The position numbers were made by a program, and so were the translations under genes. Shown here one piece after another: positions 36,401 through 44,925 of a stretch of DNA of 60,339 bases. Where the stretch lies: IMG/VR virus record IMGVR_UViG_3300034352_000138; one strand, given 5' to 3'. Under the pieces are notes generated by a model. That model searched no databases, was not told the origin of the DNA, and was given only the letters and a program-made list of their open reading frames with translations. Numbering within the stretch: the stretch's first letter is position 1; each line of letters begins with the position of its first letter. This DNA is from a virus.

Positions 36401-39400
36401 TTAATACAGCAGATCTTGGTGACGGTTCGCAAACGGCTCTTAGTGACTCAGTATCCAAAGCAACAGAACGCCCCGTAACTACTCAGATCCGAACATTTGC
36501 TAAAGGCGGTAAGTGGTTCATCCACACGAATACAGCTAAGGACAGGGATGTAGGACTTTCAGCTGGGGAGATTCGAACAAGAATCCGCGCATCCTACGAT
36601 TCCGCTAAAAACTCTAGGAACGCGACTATTGAGCTCCAGCCTATGGAGGATGGGAAGCCTGCGGTTGACGACGATGGGAATAAGTTACCACCTCGTAAAT
36701 TCGACGCGCATTTACTTACTTACCTAGGTATGCATGCGGCTACGCAGTCGTCATTTAAAAGTACAGACCGTAAACGGGGCGATACACTCAGTTACTTCTT
36801 GGACGGGCTTGCGACTTTAGAATTGAACCTCGCCCCGGTTAGTAGGAAGGGTAAGGCCTACACTCATTCTGTAGTAGATAAGGATGGGAATGTCTCAAAA
36901 ATCGGAGATGAAAAATTCCGTATAGATGGCGATCAAGTCATACAGGTTGGTAAAGAGCCGATAACTGTTAAGTCAGATACCCGAGGCCCTACCAGGCATG
37001 TCGATGGCGCTGTCGATGTGGGGCAGGAAAGTAATGAGTTCTTAATAACTCCCGAGAAAGTTGAAGCTCGGCAGGCAGAACTAGAACGCGAAAGCACTGC
37101 CTCCGATGCTGATATCGATGCGCGGTTGAAATCCGGGGAGATCAATGAGGAGCAAGCAAAACAGGAGATCCAGGAGCAGAGTGATAAGAACTTCGGCGCT
37201 GAGCAACTAGCGGAAGAATACGAACTTCGTACGCTCCCTATACTTCGGACTCGATTGGATGTACTTCGAGCATTTCAGGCAGGCCTAGGTGAGGTCGCCA
37301 AGAAGTCGAAGAAAATCTCAGATTTGGTAGATTCGATGGGGGCCGCGGTTAAGAGGATTAAAGGCGGCGCTAATATCAAACGGGGGGCTTATGCAGCAAT
37401 GGCTGAGCCGTCAGCCCGTGAACTCGAACTTGAGGAAAGATTATTTGGCCCTGAGTTCGATGGGGTTCGGGCAGAAGCTAAGAAAATTAGAGGGGAACTC
37501 ACAGAACTCAGAGGGAAGATTCGTCAGCGTAAGGAGGAGATTAAAGCGCATAGGGAGGAGATTAAAGCACATAGGGAGGAGATTGCAGAGCTTGATAGGG
37601 ATCCAAAGCCCTACAATGCCTATGAGATTGGCAAGCTTGAGAAAGAGATTGGCACCCTTGAAGGAAAGATCGGTAAGCTTGAGAAAGAGATTACTAAATT
37701 TGAAGGTACGATCAAGAAACGAGAGTCTCCGCGTGGTAAGGCGGCTACACGTAATGAACTTAATGAACTTGAGGAGGATATCCTCGCGCTAAGCAAAAAG
37801 CGTCAAAAGCTTGAAGATGCAAGGGCTAAAGAATTTCTCCGGGCAAAAGCTATATCCGCTAGTCAGGAAGCGGACTACCTAGCTAAGGAGAATGCTGAGA
37901 AGGACATCAACCCCGTTCCTTTCCCACTTAATAGAGGCCTTGAGGGTACTGAGGGTGGGGCTAAAGGGCGTGAAACTAAACGGCTTCTGAATGAGTCGCT
38001 TGATGACTTGGTTACTAGGTTCCAAGAGCTAAAGAAGTCTTTACCTAAAACCGCTGAGAAAAGCGGGAAAGTTAAGGCTGTTCGCAGAGCGGCTTTCGAC
38101 GAACTTAATGAGGTTCAGCGGCAGATTCGTAAGATAGAAGCAGCCATCACCAGCTACGGGCGAGACACTGTAAATTATGGGTCGGATGTCCAGATGACCA
38201 TAACTGAGGACGGTGATATCGTACCGCTCAGTGGGACGAACGTCGCTAAAGATTATGAGCCGGATATTACTACCAAGAATCCTGATGCGGGGCGCCAGGG
38301 TGATAGGGATCTAACCGATACGACTACCCCCCAGAGGAGTTCTAAACCTGGGAAAACCTCTGATGTACGAGCTAAACTCAATATAAAACTTGATAAGAAC
38401 ATGGCGCCTGTCGTCAAGATGCTTCGGTGGGCCCGAGAACATCTTGGATTGGAAGGTACTTCACTATCAGTCATCGATGAGAACGGTCTGGAGAAGATGA
38501 TCGCCAGCCTCGAAAAGGGGTTGAAGAACTGGGATGCCAGAATTGCAAAGGAAGTTAAGAAGCGGGGGCTCAATAAGAAGGACAAAAAGAAGGACAAAAC
38601 GCAATTCCTATTCCAGCAAAAAGAGAATCACGATATTTACGTATTGAAGCTGAAGCGGCTAAAAGGCGCACGAAAGGTTTTGGATCGCGGTGGCATCATT
38701 TATAACGACGACTTTAATGATAAGAAAGGGGTTGATCGCTCCTGGGCGCGTATACCGATCATGATCCTTAGTACTAAGACTAAGGCTGTTAAGGATGCAG
38801 AGGGGAACATAGTACAGCCGAGCCGGGTACTTTCTGGGGAGGAACGTCTTGATACGATGTTGCATGAATTTGGTCACTTCGTACAACGTGTGTCTATGGA
38901 CCAGATCATCGCCCAGGCTCAGGATCAAGGTCCGAACTCTGATGCGGCTAAGGTCGTTGAGTCTATATTTGGTAGGGTGGATTGGGCTCAAAAATATGAT
39001 CGTGAGTCTCCAGAGCGGAGGACTGGGGAGACTAAGAAAGCCTTTACAGCTCGGGTTAAGGAACATAACGAGCGAGTGAAACTTAGCGAAACGCGCGTTG
39101 CGGACCAGGCTGAAGCACGGGAATGGTTTGCGAACATGCTGGTTTATTGGGCTAGTACTAAAGAGGCTCCTAAAACTGCGGTAGAGCATTTCTTTAAGGA
39201 AGCGGCGAAGAAGCTGAGAGCTTGGTTCGATAGAGTAACCAAGGAGATGAAAGCCTATAAGGGCTCAAACGAATACCTTAAAGTTCGGGAAGATGCTCGT
39301 GGTAAAGCCCATAAGAGGTTGCTACATTGGCAGGGTGTAAAGAAGAAAGCGGAGAAGACACTTACAACAAAGGGCAATATGAAGATCCTCTCTGGGGAGG

Positions 39401-42258
39401 AGAAGATTGCGCTGGATAAAGAAGTCGCCAAAGCATTAGGTCACATCCAACGAATTGAAGAGGATTTACATGCACTTGAAACTGAGTCCCAAGAAGCTCA
39501 GTCCCTAGAAGGGGGCCGAGAAAAGAACTTCATGCAGTTCATGGACGCTATGGCGGGTCGTGGGCAACCTAATTCTAGGGCTATTAGACGGGGTAAGAAG
39601 GTATTCACGGAGCGACAAAGAATTCAGACCCGGCACAATAGACTGTTAGAGGGCTTAGGGCAGACCCTCCAGGAGCAGATCAGTTGGCTCGACTCTAAAG
39701 TAGCTGTCTTGGAGGGCCCTGCTAAGGTTAAGTTCGCTAAGAGAGTGGCAAAGGTTAAGCAGAGATTGCATAAAGGGCATGCCGCAACGAGAAAACAATA
39801 TGCAAAGGCGAGGGATACCGCTCTGGCTTCTTTTGATAAGGAGTGGGGGGAGATCATGACCCAGGCCAAGATGGCTGGGAAACCTGTACCTAGATCTTTG
39901 GATAAGACTAGAGAATTGGTAGAAAGCTTAGCGTTCTCTATGCATAGCCGTCCTAGATCTGATGGGGTTCTGGGTGATAGGTATTTCGGTGAAGAGATTA
40001 TGGGTCGTGCTAAGGCTAAGGTTGAAGCTGGCGTAACTCGTACGAGGAGTAGTCGCGGAGGAGCGTGGACAGAATCCCAGGTTTCGAATCTCTGGGGCAA
40101 AGTGGCTCAGCGCGGAAGTCTTATGGTACAGGCTGTTGATGGCAGACTTAAAGGAATGAAGTCTTCTGCTGATACACCCTCAGTAACTGCCACATTCATG
40201 GCGAATCTGTTTCGTTGGGATATGGGTACAGTAGGGATAGGTTCAAATACTATACCCGATACTGTTACTCGGATTAAACGACGTATCCAACCCATGATGC
40301 AGAAGTCCCTGGACACTATGCCAGTCGTACCCCATTTGATTGAACGTCTTAAAAATCCAGAGGCTTCCAAGGAAGATCTAGCTTTACTTAAAGAGATTAC
40401 TGAGGGATTAATTAAGCACCAGTCTGTGAAGCTCAAGGACTTAGATGTCTCTGATAGGGCCAGAACAGAGATTGGTAAGGTTCGTCAGTATTTTAAGGAG
40501 GTATATAGCACGAGTGTGAGTGGTACTGGTGGGGCTACGGTGGGAGAGATGTTGAATATTTGGGAAGTAGAGAATTACTTTCCGATGATTTTAGATATTG
40601 AAAAGTTTAGTAACCCGGAGAGAAAGGAGTACATCCTTCGGGCTATAGGAAAAGACAAAGCCTTTAATTTTATAGACGCAGACGGTCAGTGGTTAGAACA
40701 CGGTGAGGCGAATGCCGAGAAGGTCTACAATAATATTATTACGGCTGAAGGGCAGACTGATCCTTCTATTATAATGAAGCCGGACGTTCTTGGTCCTCAG
40801 TTTATGGGTAAATTACATCGTGAATTTTCCCCGAAGTTACAATCTGATTTGGCAGAGTTTTACCATGATAATGTGTATCAGATTATGGTGGGCTATACAG
40901 ACGCTCTTGCTAAGCGGTTAGCTTGGCAGATACATGTAGGGGGATATGAGCAGGATAAGAGTGGTCGTTTTGTTCTTAGAGAGGCACGGAGTGAGCATGA
41001 GACCGTTGCAGATCGATTGATGTACTCCCCGGTGGCTAGGCTCAATTGGATGTTGAATAATGCGGTGGAGCTTGGGGATCTTAAAGCTGAAGATGCTATA
41101 TGGATTCGTGAGGTGGCTATACCTGCTTATCAGGGAAATCTCGGGGCAGATATGTCGCCGGGTATTCGGAAGGCAGTGGCTTGGACTAAAACCTACCTTA
41201 GTGTTTCGATTCTAGCGGGGGCAACTTTTACATCGATACCTGATCTTGCCGGGATTTATATTAGGCTTGGGGCTTATGCAGATGCTAATAGGTCATATGA
41301 GGGAATTAAGGAGTTATTTAAACTAGCTACGGATAGTGGTTATAGAAAGGAGGCAGCTCGATATGCAAATGTATTGCTTACTGTTCATGACGATTTCGTA
41401 GATCATGCTTTAGCTAATACTACTGCTATTGGTTATACCCCAGCACCGATCCTTAAAGTTAATGATGCTTTCTTTAAAGTTATCATGCTGAAGCAATGGA
41501 CCGATTTCACAAGAATTCTTGCGACTAATATTGCGAAGGATGATATTAAGTGGTTGTATGGGGAGAATACTGCAGAGGCTAATGAGAAACTGGGAAGGTT
41601 GGGTTTAGAACGGAGAGATGTAGAGGCTTGGATTGATGCGGGGGCGGATAGTAATCATTTGACCCAGCAAGAATATGACTACGCAAATCCTCGAATAGCT
41701 ATAGCTTTAAACAGATGGGTGGATCAAGCGGTTATTCGACCATCAGCGGCGTTAAGGCCAGGGCGTTGGGGGTCGGATCATAGGATGGCATTCTCTTGGT
41801 ATCTAAATGACTTCGTTTGGGGGTTTTACGAGACTGTTATGAAACAAGCTTACCAGGGGTTTAAGGATCAGAAGGGATTTGCTAAGGTGTTGCCCCCGTT
41901 GATGTTGGCGGCTACGGTTTTACCTCTAGCGGCTTTAGGGTATGAGCTTCGGAAGCTAATCTTTGGTAAGTTACCAGCGGCGGCTTTAGATACTAGGGAT
42001 GTAACTCGGGAACTTCACGGGCTGGATTATTTAGCAGAGGTGTTTCGTAGATCGGGTTTGATGGGTCCGCTTCAGATGTATGATGATTATGCGACTGATC
42101 GACAACGGGGTAAGTCAGCGATATTGAATTTAGGTGGAGTGTTGCCAGAGAAGTTCTTGGATTTGATAGATAATCCAGAAAGGACTATGTGGAAGACTAA
42201 CCCCATTACAGGGACTTCCCCTACTCTTAGAGCCTACTTCAAGGATCAGCTAGAATGA
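33457..42258 (+). CDS. Giant multidomain virion-type protein (2933 aa): SNase-like nuclease, Gly/Ala-rich hydrophobic region, MORN repeats, coiled coils, HExxH metallopeptidase motif, C-terminal hydrophobic segments
   Basis: SNase pattern IHDGDTV...IRLSGIDADE...DHHGRTTA (nt 33538-33816). MORN repeats YVGERNKDGKYHGQGTFTW and YVGGFRNGNYHGQGTYTH (nt about 35341-35525). Heptad repeats EEIKAHR x2 plus EEIAELD, and GKLEKEI-type. HEFGH at nt 38863-38877. TM-like LSVSILAGATFTSIPDLAGIYI and VLPPLMLAATVLPLAALGY. Confidence 0.8.
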   Translation: MAGYNIRDVIAPLMMDEEGRDILLKNGYRIHDGDTVISPSGEKIRLSGIDADEVANPYKGTSDQGAGRLAQNALAYGLDQGGVSVNRTGQDHHGRTTAGLESNIGDIEEYLVANMYASRWPKYDKDGSLVNAENLQGLMYASKENKHPVKEFINRNFPVVPGRLPTLPKGRLTHTRGVTSRAWARGIDSTQQGAYGLAHLVGRAAGSEGIQEWAEEGIEEQERQLRKNPARYRSTADVHGVGDALGFAYEKTIENLPLLASAGVGGLGAKVTGHIAGRQIAQKAAHSAMQRAGAMGARGEVLSSIAGKAGAEAVRQQANKLGVAAGTAVFGVANTGETEIGQMALADPASPAEVLGIGAFKTYLDKTGIEVIIGRYLGAKAAKGVVAKAKKIATGTVVAAGVEGMTEASQTFLDLALRDRQDPNFNAFGPEARSIMREAGITGAAVGGMLGGVSGTIGAVSEKISEKAAQAIEEKEQKIGEAEEAARPISTLREAAETLSTSQWQRIRNIASSHSGGNPTSKDQARTSLREAAPQVKEVLGEAYAGKVFKPQVDEDGDAVLFEGGFDEGNPDQYDAKMEYIQKYAQKVLDDRAKAQEAIRKQKESDEASPKDIVFEEEETEVPSDPEGWEYVGERNKDGKYHGQGTFTWPEGDRYVGGFRNGNYHGQGTYTHADGRVQKGIWKNGAFVGESTEEVGGDRTETKPAVNKKPTKGVKDSPGPGDAEVSTDATPVTPFQELKSRLDGGRKGPEDHTATQSAITTKTEEGEPAKGDETNVQTPQASDSNTDEVWGIGSATPIIPSQVNKGGAKLAQDVKEKGANRGWSVTSPEFIHSPLKQILRVVKSRLDGETPAQEREADTIRLKDNLKDVDGEIGKLKKAVENTYKEGSKAQSRKDTLSKVIRTQWDMSLEERLTSLEGTRGKLLQEQAALQGPAPTNDVSLIALTEDEKFLDVTDWAGEKDANALKKRLGKDAPKITHVVAVNTADLGDGSQTALSDSVSKATERPVTTQIRTFAKGGKWFIHTNTAKDRDVGLSAGEIRTRIRASYDSAKNSRNATIELQPMEDGKPAVDDDGNKLPPRKFDAHLLTYLGMHAATQSSFKSTDRKRGDTLSYFLDGLATLELNLAPVSRKGKAYTHSVVDKDGNVSKIGDEKFRIDGDQVIQVGKEPITVKSDTRGPTRHVDGAVDVGQESNEFLITPEKVEARQAELERESTASDADIDARLKSGEINEEQAKQEIQEQSDKNFGAEQLAEEYELRTLPILRTRLDVLRAFQAGLGEVAKKSKKISDLVDSMGAAVKRIKGGANIKRGAYAAMAEPSARELELEERLFGPEFDGVRAEAKKIRGELTELRGKIRQRKEEIKAHREEIKAHREEIAELDRDPKPYNAYEIGKLEKEIGTLEGKIGKLEKEITKFEGTIKKRESPRGKAATRNELNELEEDILALSKKRQKLEDARAKEFLRAKAISASQEADYLAKENAEKDINPVPFPLNRGLEGTEGGAKGRETKRLLNESLDDLVTRFQELKKSLPKTAEKSGKVKAVRRAAFDELNEVQRQIRKIEAAITSYGRDTVNYGSDVQMTITEDGDIVPLSGTNVAKDYEPDITTKNPDAGRQGDRDLTDTTTPQRSSKPGKTSDVRAKLNIKLDKNMAPVVKMLRWAREHLGLEGTSLSVIDENGLEKMIASLEKGLKNWDARIAKEVKKRGLNKKDKKKDKTQFLFQQKENHDIYVLKLKRLKGARKVLDRGGIIYNDDFNDKKGVDRSWARIPIMILSTKTKAVKDAEGNIVQPSRVLSGEERLDTMLHEFGHFVQRVSMDQIIAQAQDQGPNSDAAKVVESIFGRVDWAQKYDRESPERRTGETKKAFTARVKEHNERVKLSETRVADQAEAREWFANMLVYWASTKEAPKTAVEHFFKEAAKKLRAWFDRVTKEMKAYKGSNEYLKVREDARGKAHKRLLHWQGVKKKAEKTLTTKGNMKILSGEEKIALDKEVAKALGHIQRIEEDLHALETESQEAQSLEGGREKNFMQFMDAMAGRGQPNSRAIRRGKKVFTERQRIQTRHNRLLEGLGQTLQEQISWLDSKVAVLEGPAKVKFAKRVAKVKQRLHKGHAATRKQYAKARDTALASFDKEWGEIMTQAKMAGKPVPRSLDKTRELVESLAFSMHSRPRSDGVLGDRYFGEEIMGRAKAKVEAGVTRTRSSRGGAWTESQVSNLWGKVAQRGSLMVQAVDGRLKGMKSSADTPSVTATFMANLFRWDMGTVGIGSNTIPDTVTRIKRRIQPMMQKSLDTMPVVPHLIERLKNPEASKEDLALLKEITEGLIKHQSVKLKDLDVSDRARTEIGKVRQYFKEVYSTSVSGTGGATVGEMLNIWEVENYFPMILDIEKFSNPERKEYILRAIGKDKAFNFIDADGQWLEHGEANAEKVYNNIITAEGQTDPSIIMKPDVLGPQFMGKLHREFSPKLQSDLAEFYHDNVYQIMVGYTDALAKRLAWQIHVGGYEQDKSGRFVLREARSEHETVADRLMYSPVARLNWMLNNAVELGDLKAEDAIWIREVAIPAYQGNLGADMSPGIRKAVAWTKTYLSVSILAGATFTSIPDLAGIYIRLGAYADANRSYEGIKELFKLATDSGYRKEAARYANVLLTVHDDFVDHALANTTAIGYTPAPILKVNDAFFKVIMLKQWTDFTRILATNIAKDDIKWLYGENTAEANEKLGRLGLERRDVEAWIDAGADSNHLTQQEYDYANPRIAIALNRWVDQAVIRPSAALRPGRWGSDHRMAFSWYLNDFVWGFYETVMKQAYQGFKDQKGFAKVLPPLMLAATVLPLAALGYELRKLIFGKLPAAALDTRDVTRELHGLDYLAEVFRRSGLMGPLQMYDDYATDRQRGKSAILNLGGVLPEKFLDLIDNPERTMWKTNPITGTSPTLRAYFKDQLE

Positions 42259-42304
42259 GGTATAATATAGGTTAGTTGGATCTCCTGGCGGTGGCACAAC
42301 TAGA

Positions 42305-42342
42305 CCCCACATCGATTTCTCAGGGCGCGATGTGGGGTTTTT
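42305..42342 (+). terminator. Rho-independent terminator of the rightward arm
   Basis: CCCCACATCG-13 nt-CGATGTGGGG followed by TTTTT. Confidence 0.8.
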
Positions 42343-42350
42343 AATGCCTG

Positions 42351-42785
42351 TCAGAAAATGGGTTGTAGGGGGCCATTACCGTAGGGCAGGTAGAAGTCTG
42401 TAACTTCGTTCCATAGTTGGGCTAGCTCTACGTTGGATATGTAGTCTGGGGCGTTGAGGATTTTACGGATACGAATATAATTTGGGCGATCTTTTCTGGT
42501 TACGAGGGGTACTACTTTGGGGGATTTATGCCCTTCACGGACGACTTGTAGGTGTTCTCGTCCACTAGGAGTTAGTTCATAAGTGATTCGCTCCATGACC
42601 TGTGGAAAGGTGCGTACATATCCTGGTTCTGGGTAAGATGCGACCCAATCTTTCTCGAGGATGATGCTAATTAATCTGCGTATCCTGTTTAGTTTGACGT
42701 CATCCGTGAAGCATTTGAACAACTTAGGTCTTTCTATGCGGGGGTTCTCTTCTATTATCGTTAGGAGTTTTAGTTGGGAGGCCAT
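42351..42785 (-). CDS. Putative winged-helix DNA-binding protein (144 aa)
   Basis: Pattern LKLLTIIEEN...RIRRLISIILEKDWV...ITYELTPSGREHL fits MarR/PadR-like wHTH. It is the last gene of the leftward arm, next to attP. Confidence 0.4.
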   Translation of the reverse strand: MASQLKLLTIIEENPRIERPKLFKCFTDDVKLNRIRRLISIILEKDWVASYPEPGYVRTFPQVMERITYELTPSGREHLQVVREGHKSPKVVPLVTRKDRPNYIRIRKILNAPDYISNVELAQLWNEVTDFYLPYGNGPLQPIF

Positions 42786-42873
42786 GGGCGTAGTTGGATG
42801 TTATTGGATGTTAATATAGTGTAATACATGCCTGGAGAGGGGCTGTATTTGGGTGGGTAAATCGGGGTTTTGG

Positions 42874-42889
42874 CAGAGATATGACAGAG
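42874..42889. promoter_or_regulatory. Candidate integrase arm-type site (P arm): CAGAGATATGACAGAG
   Basis: It is a near-identical direct repeat of 43090..43105. The two copies flank the tRNA-derived core. Confidence 0.45.
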
Positions 42890-42936
42890 TAGATCCTCTG
42901 CCAAGATACTAGAGTAGTCTAAGCGATTGATTTAAA

Positions 42937-42984
42937 TGGTCGGGGTAGAGGGATTCGAACCCCCGACATCCTGCTCCCAAAGCA
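42937..42984 (-). other. attP core: 3-prime 48 nt of a tRNA-Pro(UGG) gene (partial, not a functional tRNA)
   Basis: Minus strand TGC-TTTGGGA-GCAGG-ATGTC-GGGGG-TTCGAAT-CCCTC-TACCCCG-A-CCA. This reads as anticodon loop with UGG, variable loop, T arm, acceptor 3-prime strand, discriminator and CCA. No D arm or 5-prime acceptor strand lies upstream. Confidence 0.8.
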
Positions 42985-43089
42985 TCGACTACTAGCAGAG
43001 TGCTTCTAGAATCAGTACTTTAAATCTTCTTGATTCTGCCAAACCAGTTTGAACCAGTTGAACCCTGTGGGGATCTAATTTCGCCCTGA

Positions 43090-43105
43090 CAGAGATATGG
43101 CAGAG
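43090..43105. promoter_or_regulatory. Candidate integrase arm-type site (P-prime arm): CAGAGATATGGCAGAG
   Basis: 15 of 16 positions identical to 42874..42889, in the same orientation. Confidence 0.45.
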
Positions 43106-43135
43106 CGACAGTCTATAGACTCTCTGTACTTCTGT

Positions 43136-43480
43136 CTATTGCTTGTCTTTATCTTGAAGGACCCCGTTTAGGTAAATTTCTACCTCATCTGTTAATTTAA
43201 TATCGGATTCTACGTGGACCTTATGACATTCTGGGTACTGGTTTTTGAGTGCTTGGATGATAGCATCGAAAACTGCATGTTTAGTATCAATACCGCCAAC
43301 TTCGAAGTGGTTAATCACCTCCTTTAAGATTGATTCCTCTTGTGCTTGGCTGAGTTCTAGACCAAGTCCATGTGCTAGGAGGTGGACATTACTAATATCC
43401 CACCAATCTATGAGGAGGATATCGTTATCCTGATAAAGCTCGTGCAGCTTATCTATGATGTTTTTAACGGTGTATGGCAT
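43136..43480 (-). CDS. Hypothetical protein (114 aa) between integrase and attP
   Basis: ORF only. It sits in an att-proximal cargo position. Confidence 0.6.
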   Translation of the reverse strand: MPYTVKNIIDKLHELYQDNDILLIDWWDISNVHLLAHGLGLELSQAQEESILKEVINHFEVGGIDTKHAVFDAIIQALKNQYPECHKVHVESDIKLTDEVEIYLNGVLQDKDKQ

Positions 43481-43487
43481 AATTTTA

Positions 43488-44498
43488 TTACTCTATATTG
43501 GATGCGTAGTTAGCTAGGTGTTGGGGTGCTAAATGGGCATAGCGTTCTACCATGTCTAAACTACTCCATGCGCCTAGTTGTTTAAGGCCTTCGATGGGCG
43601 TTCCGTTCTGGATATGCCAACTGGCCCAAGTATGGCGTAAGTCGTGCCATGTAAATTCTGTGATCTCTGCCCGTTTTAGTGCGTTTTTAAATGCTCTTGT
43701 GTAAGGGTTTTTAATCGGTTCGCCGTTGTAATGGAAAATGTGTGTAGGGTGTTTGCCTTTCTGCGCGTATAAGACTTCCCTCCCCGTCTTATTGAGTGGT
43801 ACGCGAATAGTTTTCCCTTTTCCCTTTTTACTTTTGGTTTGATCTGCGTGAATCCAGGCTAGGTTGTTTTCTAGGTCTATTTGGGACCATGTAAGGTTAG
43901 TGACGTTAGATTTTCGTAATCCGGTCGCCAAAGAAAATCTAACCATAACTTCTAAATGTGGGGGTAATTGTAGAAGTAGTTTTGCTGCGTCAGCTTTAGA
44001 TAAGAAACGTACTCGCTTCTTATCTTCGGGCAGGAGGTTAAATTGGGGTAGTTTGCTGATATAGCCCCAAGGTTTGAGGCATTTATGTAGAACTGTACTG
44101 ATTGCCGCAATGTATATATTAACAGTGCGGTACTTTACGCCTTCTGCGAGTTTGATATCGATTAGGTCATCGATTAACTCTTCGGTGATCGCAGAGAGTG
44201 GTAGGTTACCTATGTGGGGGTCAAGCCATTTGAATTGGGTGTTGCGATCTGAGAGTGTCTTTGGTTTGATGTGTTTTTGGGCCCATTTAACCCAGCGCAC
44301 TACGGCTTCGTACCAGAATATCTCTCGTTGGATACCTAAGTGGGTTTTATCCCAGGCTTCAGCTTGTCTTTTATCAGCGTATTCTTGAGCTTTTAGCTTG
44401 TCGGTAGTCCGAGTAGATCTTCGTACTCTTTTCTGGTCTGGTAATTTGAAGTCGTAGAACCAATACGGGGAATTTGGGTCTTTGTAGAGTTTGGCCAT
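43488..44498 (-). CDS. int: Tyrosine integrase
   Basis: C-terminal catalytic region TGLRKSN...FTWHDLRHTWASWHIQNG...LGAWSSLDMVERYAHL (R, HxxR, Y). The N-terminal SAM-like domain and the adjacent xis and attP support the call. Confidence 0.95.
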   Translation of the reverse strand: MAKLYKDPNSPYWFYDFKLPDQKRVRRSTRTTDKLKAQEYADKRQAEAWDKTHLGIQREIFWYEAVVRWVKWAQKHIKPKTLSDRNTQFKWLDPHIGNLPLSAITEELIDDLIDIKLAEGVKYRTVNIYIAAISTVLHKCLKPWGYISKLPQFNLLPEDKKRVRFLSKADAAKLLLQLPPHLEVMVRFSLATGLRKSNVTNLTWSQIDLENNLAWIHADQTKSKKGKGKTIRVPLNKTGREVLYAQKGKHPTHIFHYNGEPIKNPYTRAFKNALKRAEITEFTWHDLRHTWASWHIQNGTPIEGLKQLGAWSSLDMVERYAHLAPQHLANYASNIE

Positions 44499-44692
44499 GG
44501 CGGTGGGCTTTGGGTGGGGATTTTAACCCCATCGTATAGCTGATCTAGGTAGTTTGCCAAGTCTACCTCTTTGAATACCCATCGTCTTCCGACTTTTACA
44601 GCTTTGATTTCCCCCACTTTAGCCTTAGTTCGGATTGTTTCATGGTGGGCTTTTAGGTACTCAGCCGCTTGTTCTAGGTTCAGTGTTTTCAT
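44393..44692 (-). CDS. xis: Excisionase/AlpA-type HTH protein
   Basis: LNLEQAAEYLKAHHETIRTKAKVGEIKAVKVGRRWVFKEVDLANYL matches the excisionase-family HTH pattern. Its 3-prime 106 nt overlap int in another frame. Confidence 0.75.
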   Translation of the reverse strand: MKTLNLEQAAEYLKAHHETIRTKAKVGEIKAVKVGRRWVFKEVDLANYLDQLYDGVKIPTQSPPPWPNSTKTQIPRIGSTTSNYQTRKEYEDLLGLPTS

Positions 44693-44925
44693 ATGAAGGG
44701 ATCGATTTCGTAGCCCATGCCTCCGTCATCGATGTAAACCTGTACTGGGAAAGTTGAACAACGGAGGCGTTCGCCCTTCTCTTGGATGCATAGTCGCAAA
44801 GTGTGATTCTTTTCATCGTAAGCCCATCTAGCGTCGTCAAGAGATTTACACTCTTCGGCGCTGAGCGGCTGAGCTACTAGGGTACTAAGTACCAGAGTCG
44901 CTACTTGCAGAAGTTTTTGTCCCAT
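44689..44925 (-). CDS. Small secreted protein (78 aa) with signal peptide and 3 mature-region cysteines
   Basis: N-terminus MGQKLLQVATLVLSTLVAQPLSA followed by EECKS. Confidence 0.6.
   Translation of the reverse strand: MGQKLLQVATLVLSTLVAQPLSAEECKSLDDARWAYDEKNHTLRLCIQEKGERLRCSTFPVQVYIDDGGMGYEIDPFI

Noticed and set aside
34542-40436. Numerous 70-176-aa minus-strand ORFs inside the giant gene (for example 34585..34965, 38659..39189, 39624..40100).
   Set aside because: They are antisense shadows of a continuous 8.8-kb plus-strand ORF with no independent start signals.
33457-42258. The giant ORF as an N4-like virion RNA polymerase.
   Set aside because: I could not find the T7-like motif set (motif A D-x-x-x-D context, motif B R-x3-K-x7-YG, T/DxxGR in the right place). 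The only D-x-x-GR belongs to the SNase-like domain, and TVHDDF alone is insufficient. Profile searches are still needed.
42937-42984. A functional tRNA-Pro gene.
   Set aside because: Only the 3-prime 48 nt are present. The upstream sequence cannot form the D arm or the 5-prime acceptor strand. Its location next to int/xis fits an attP core.
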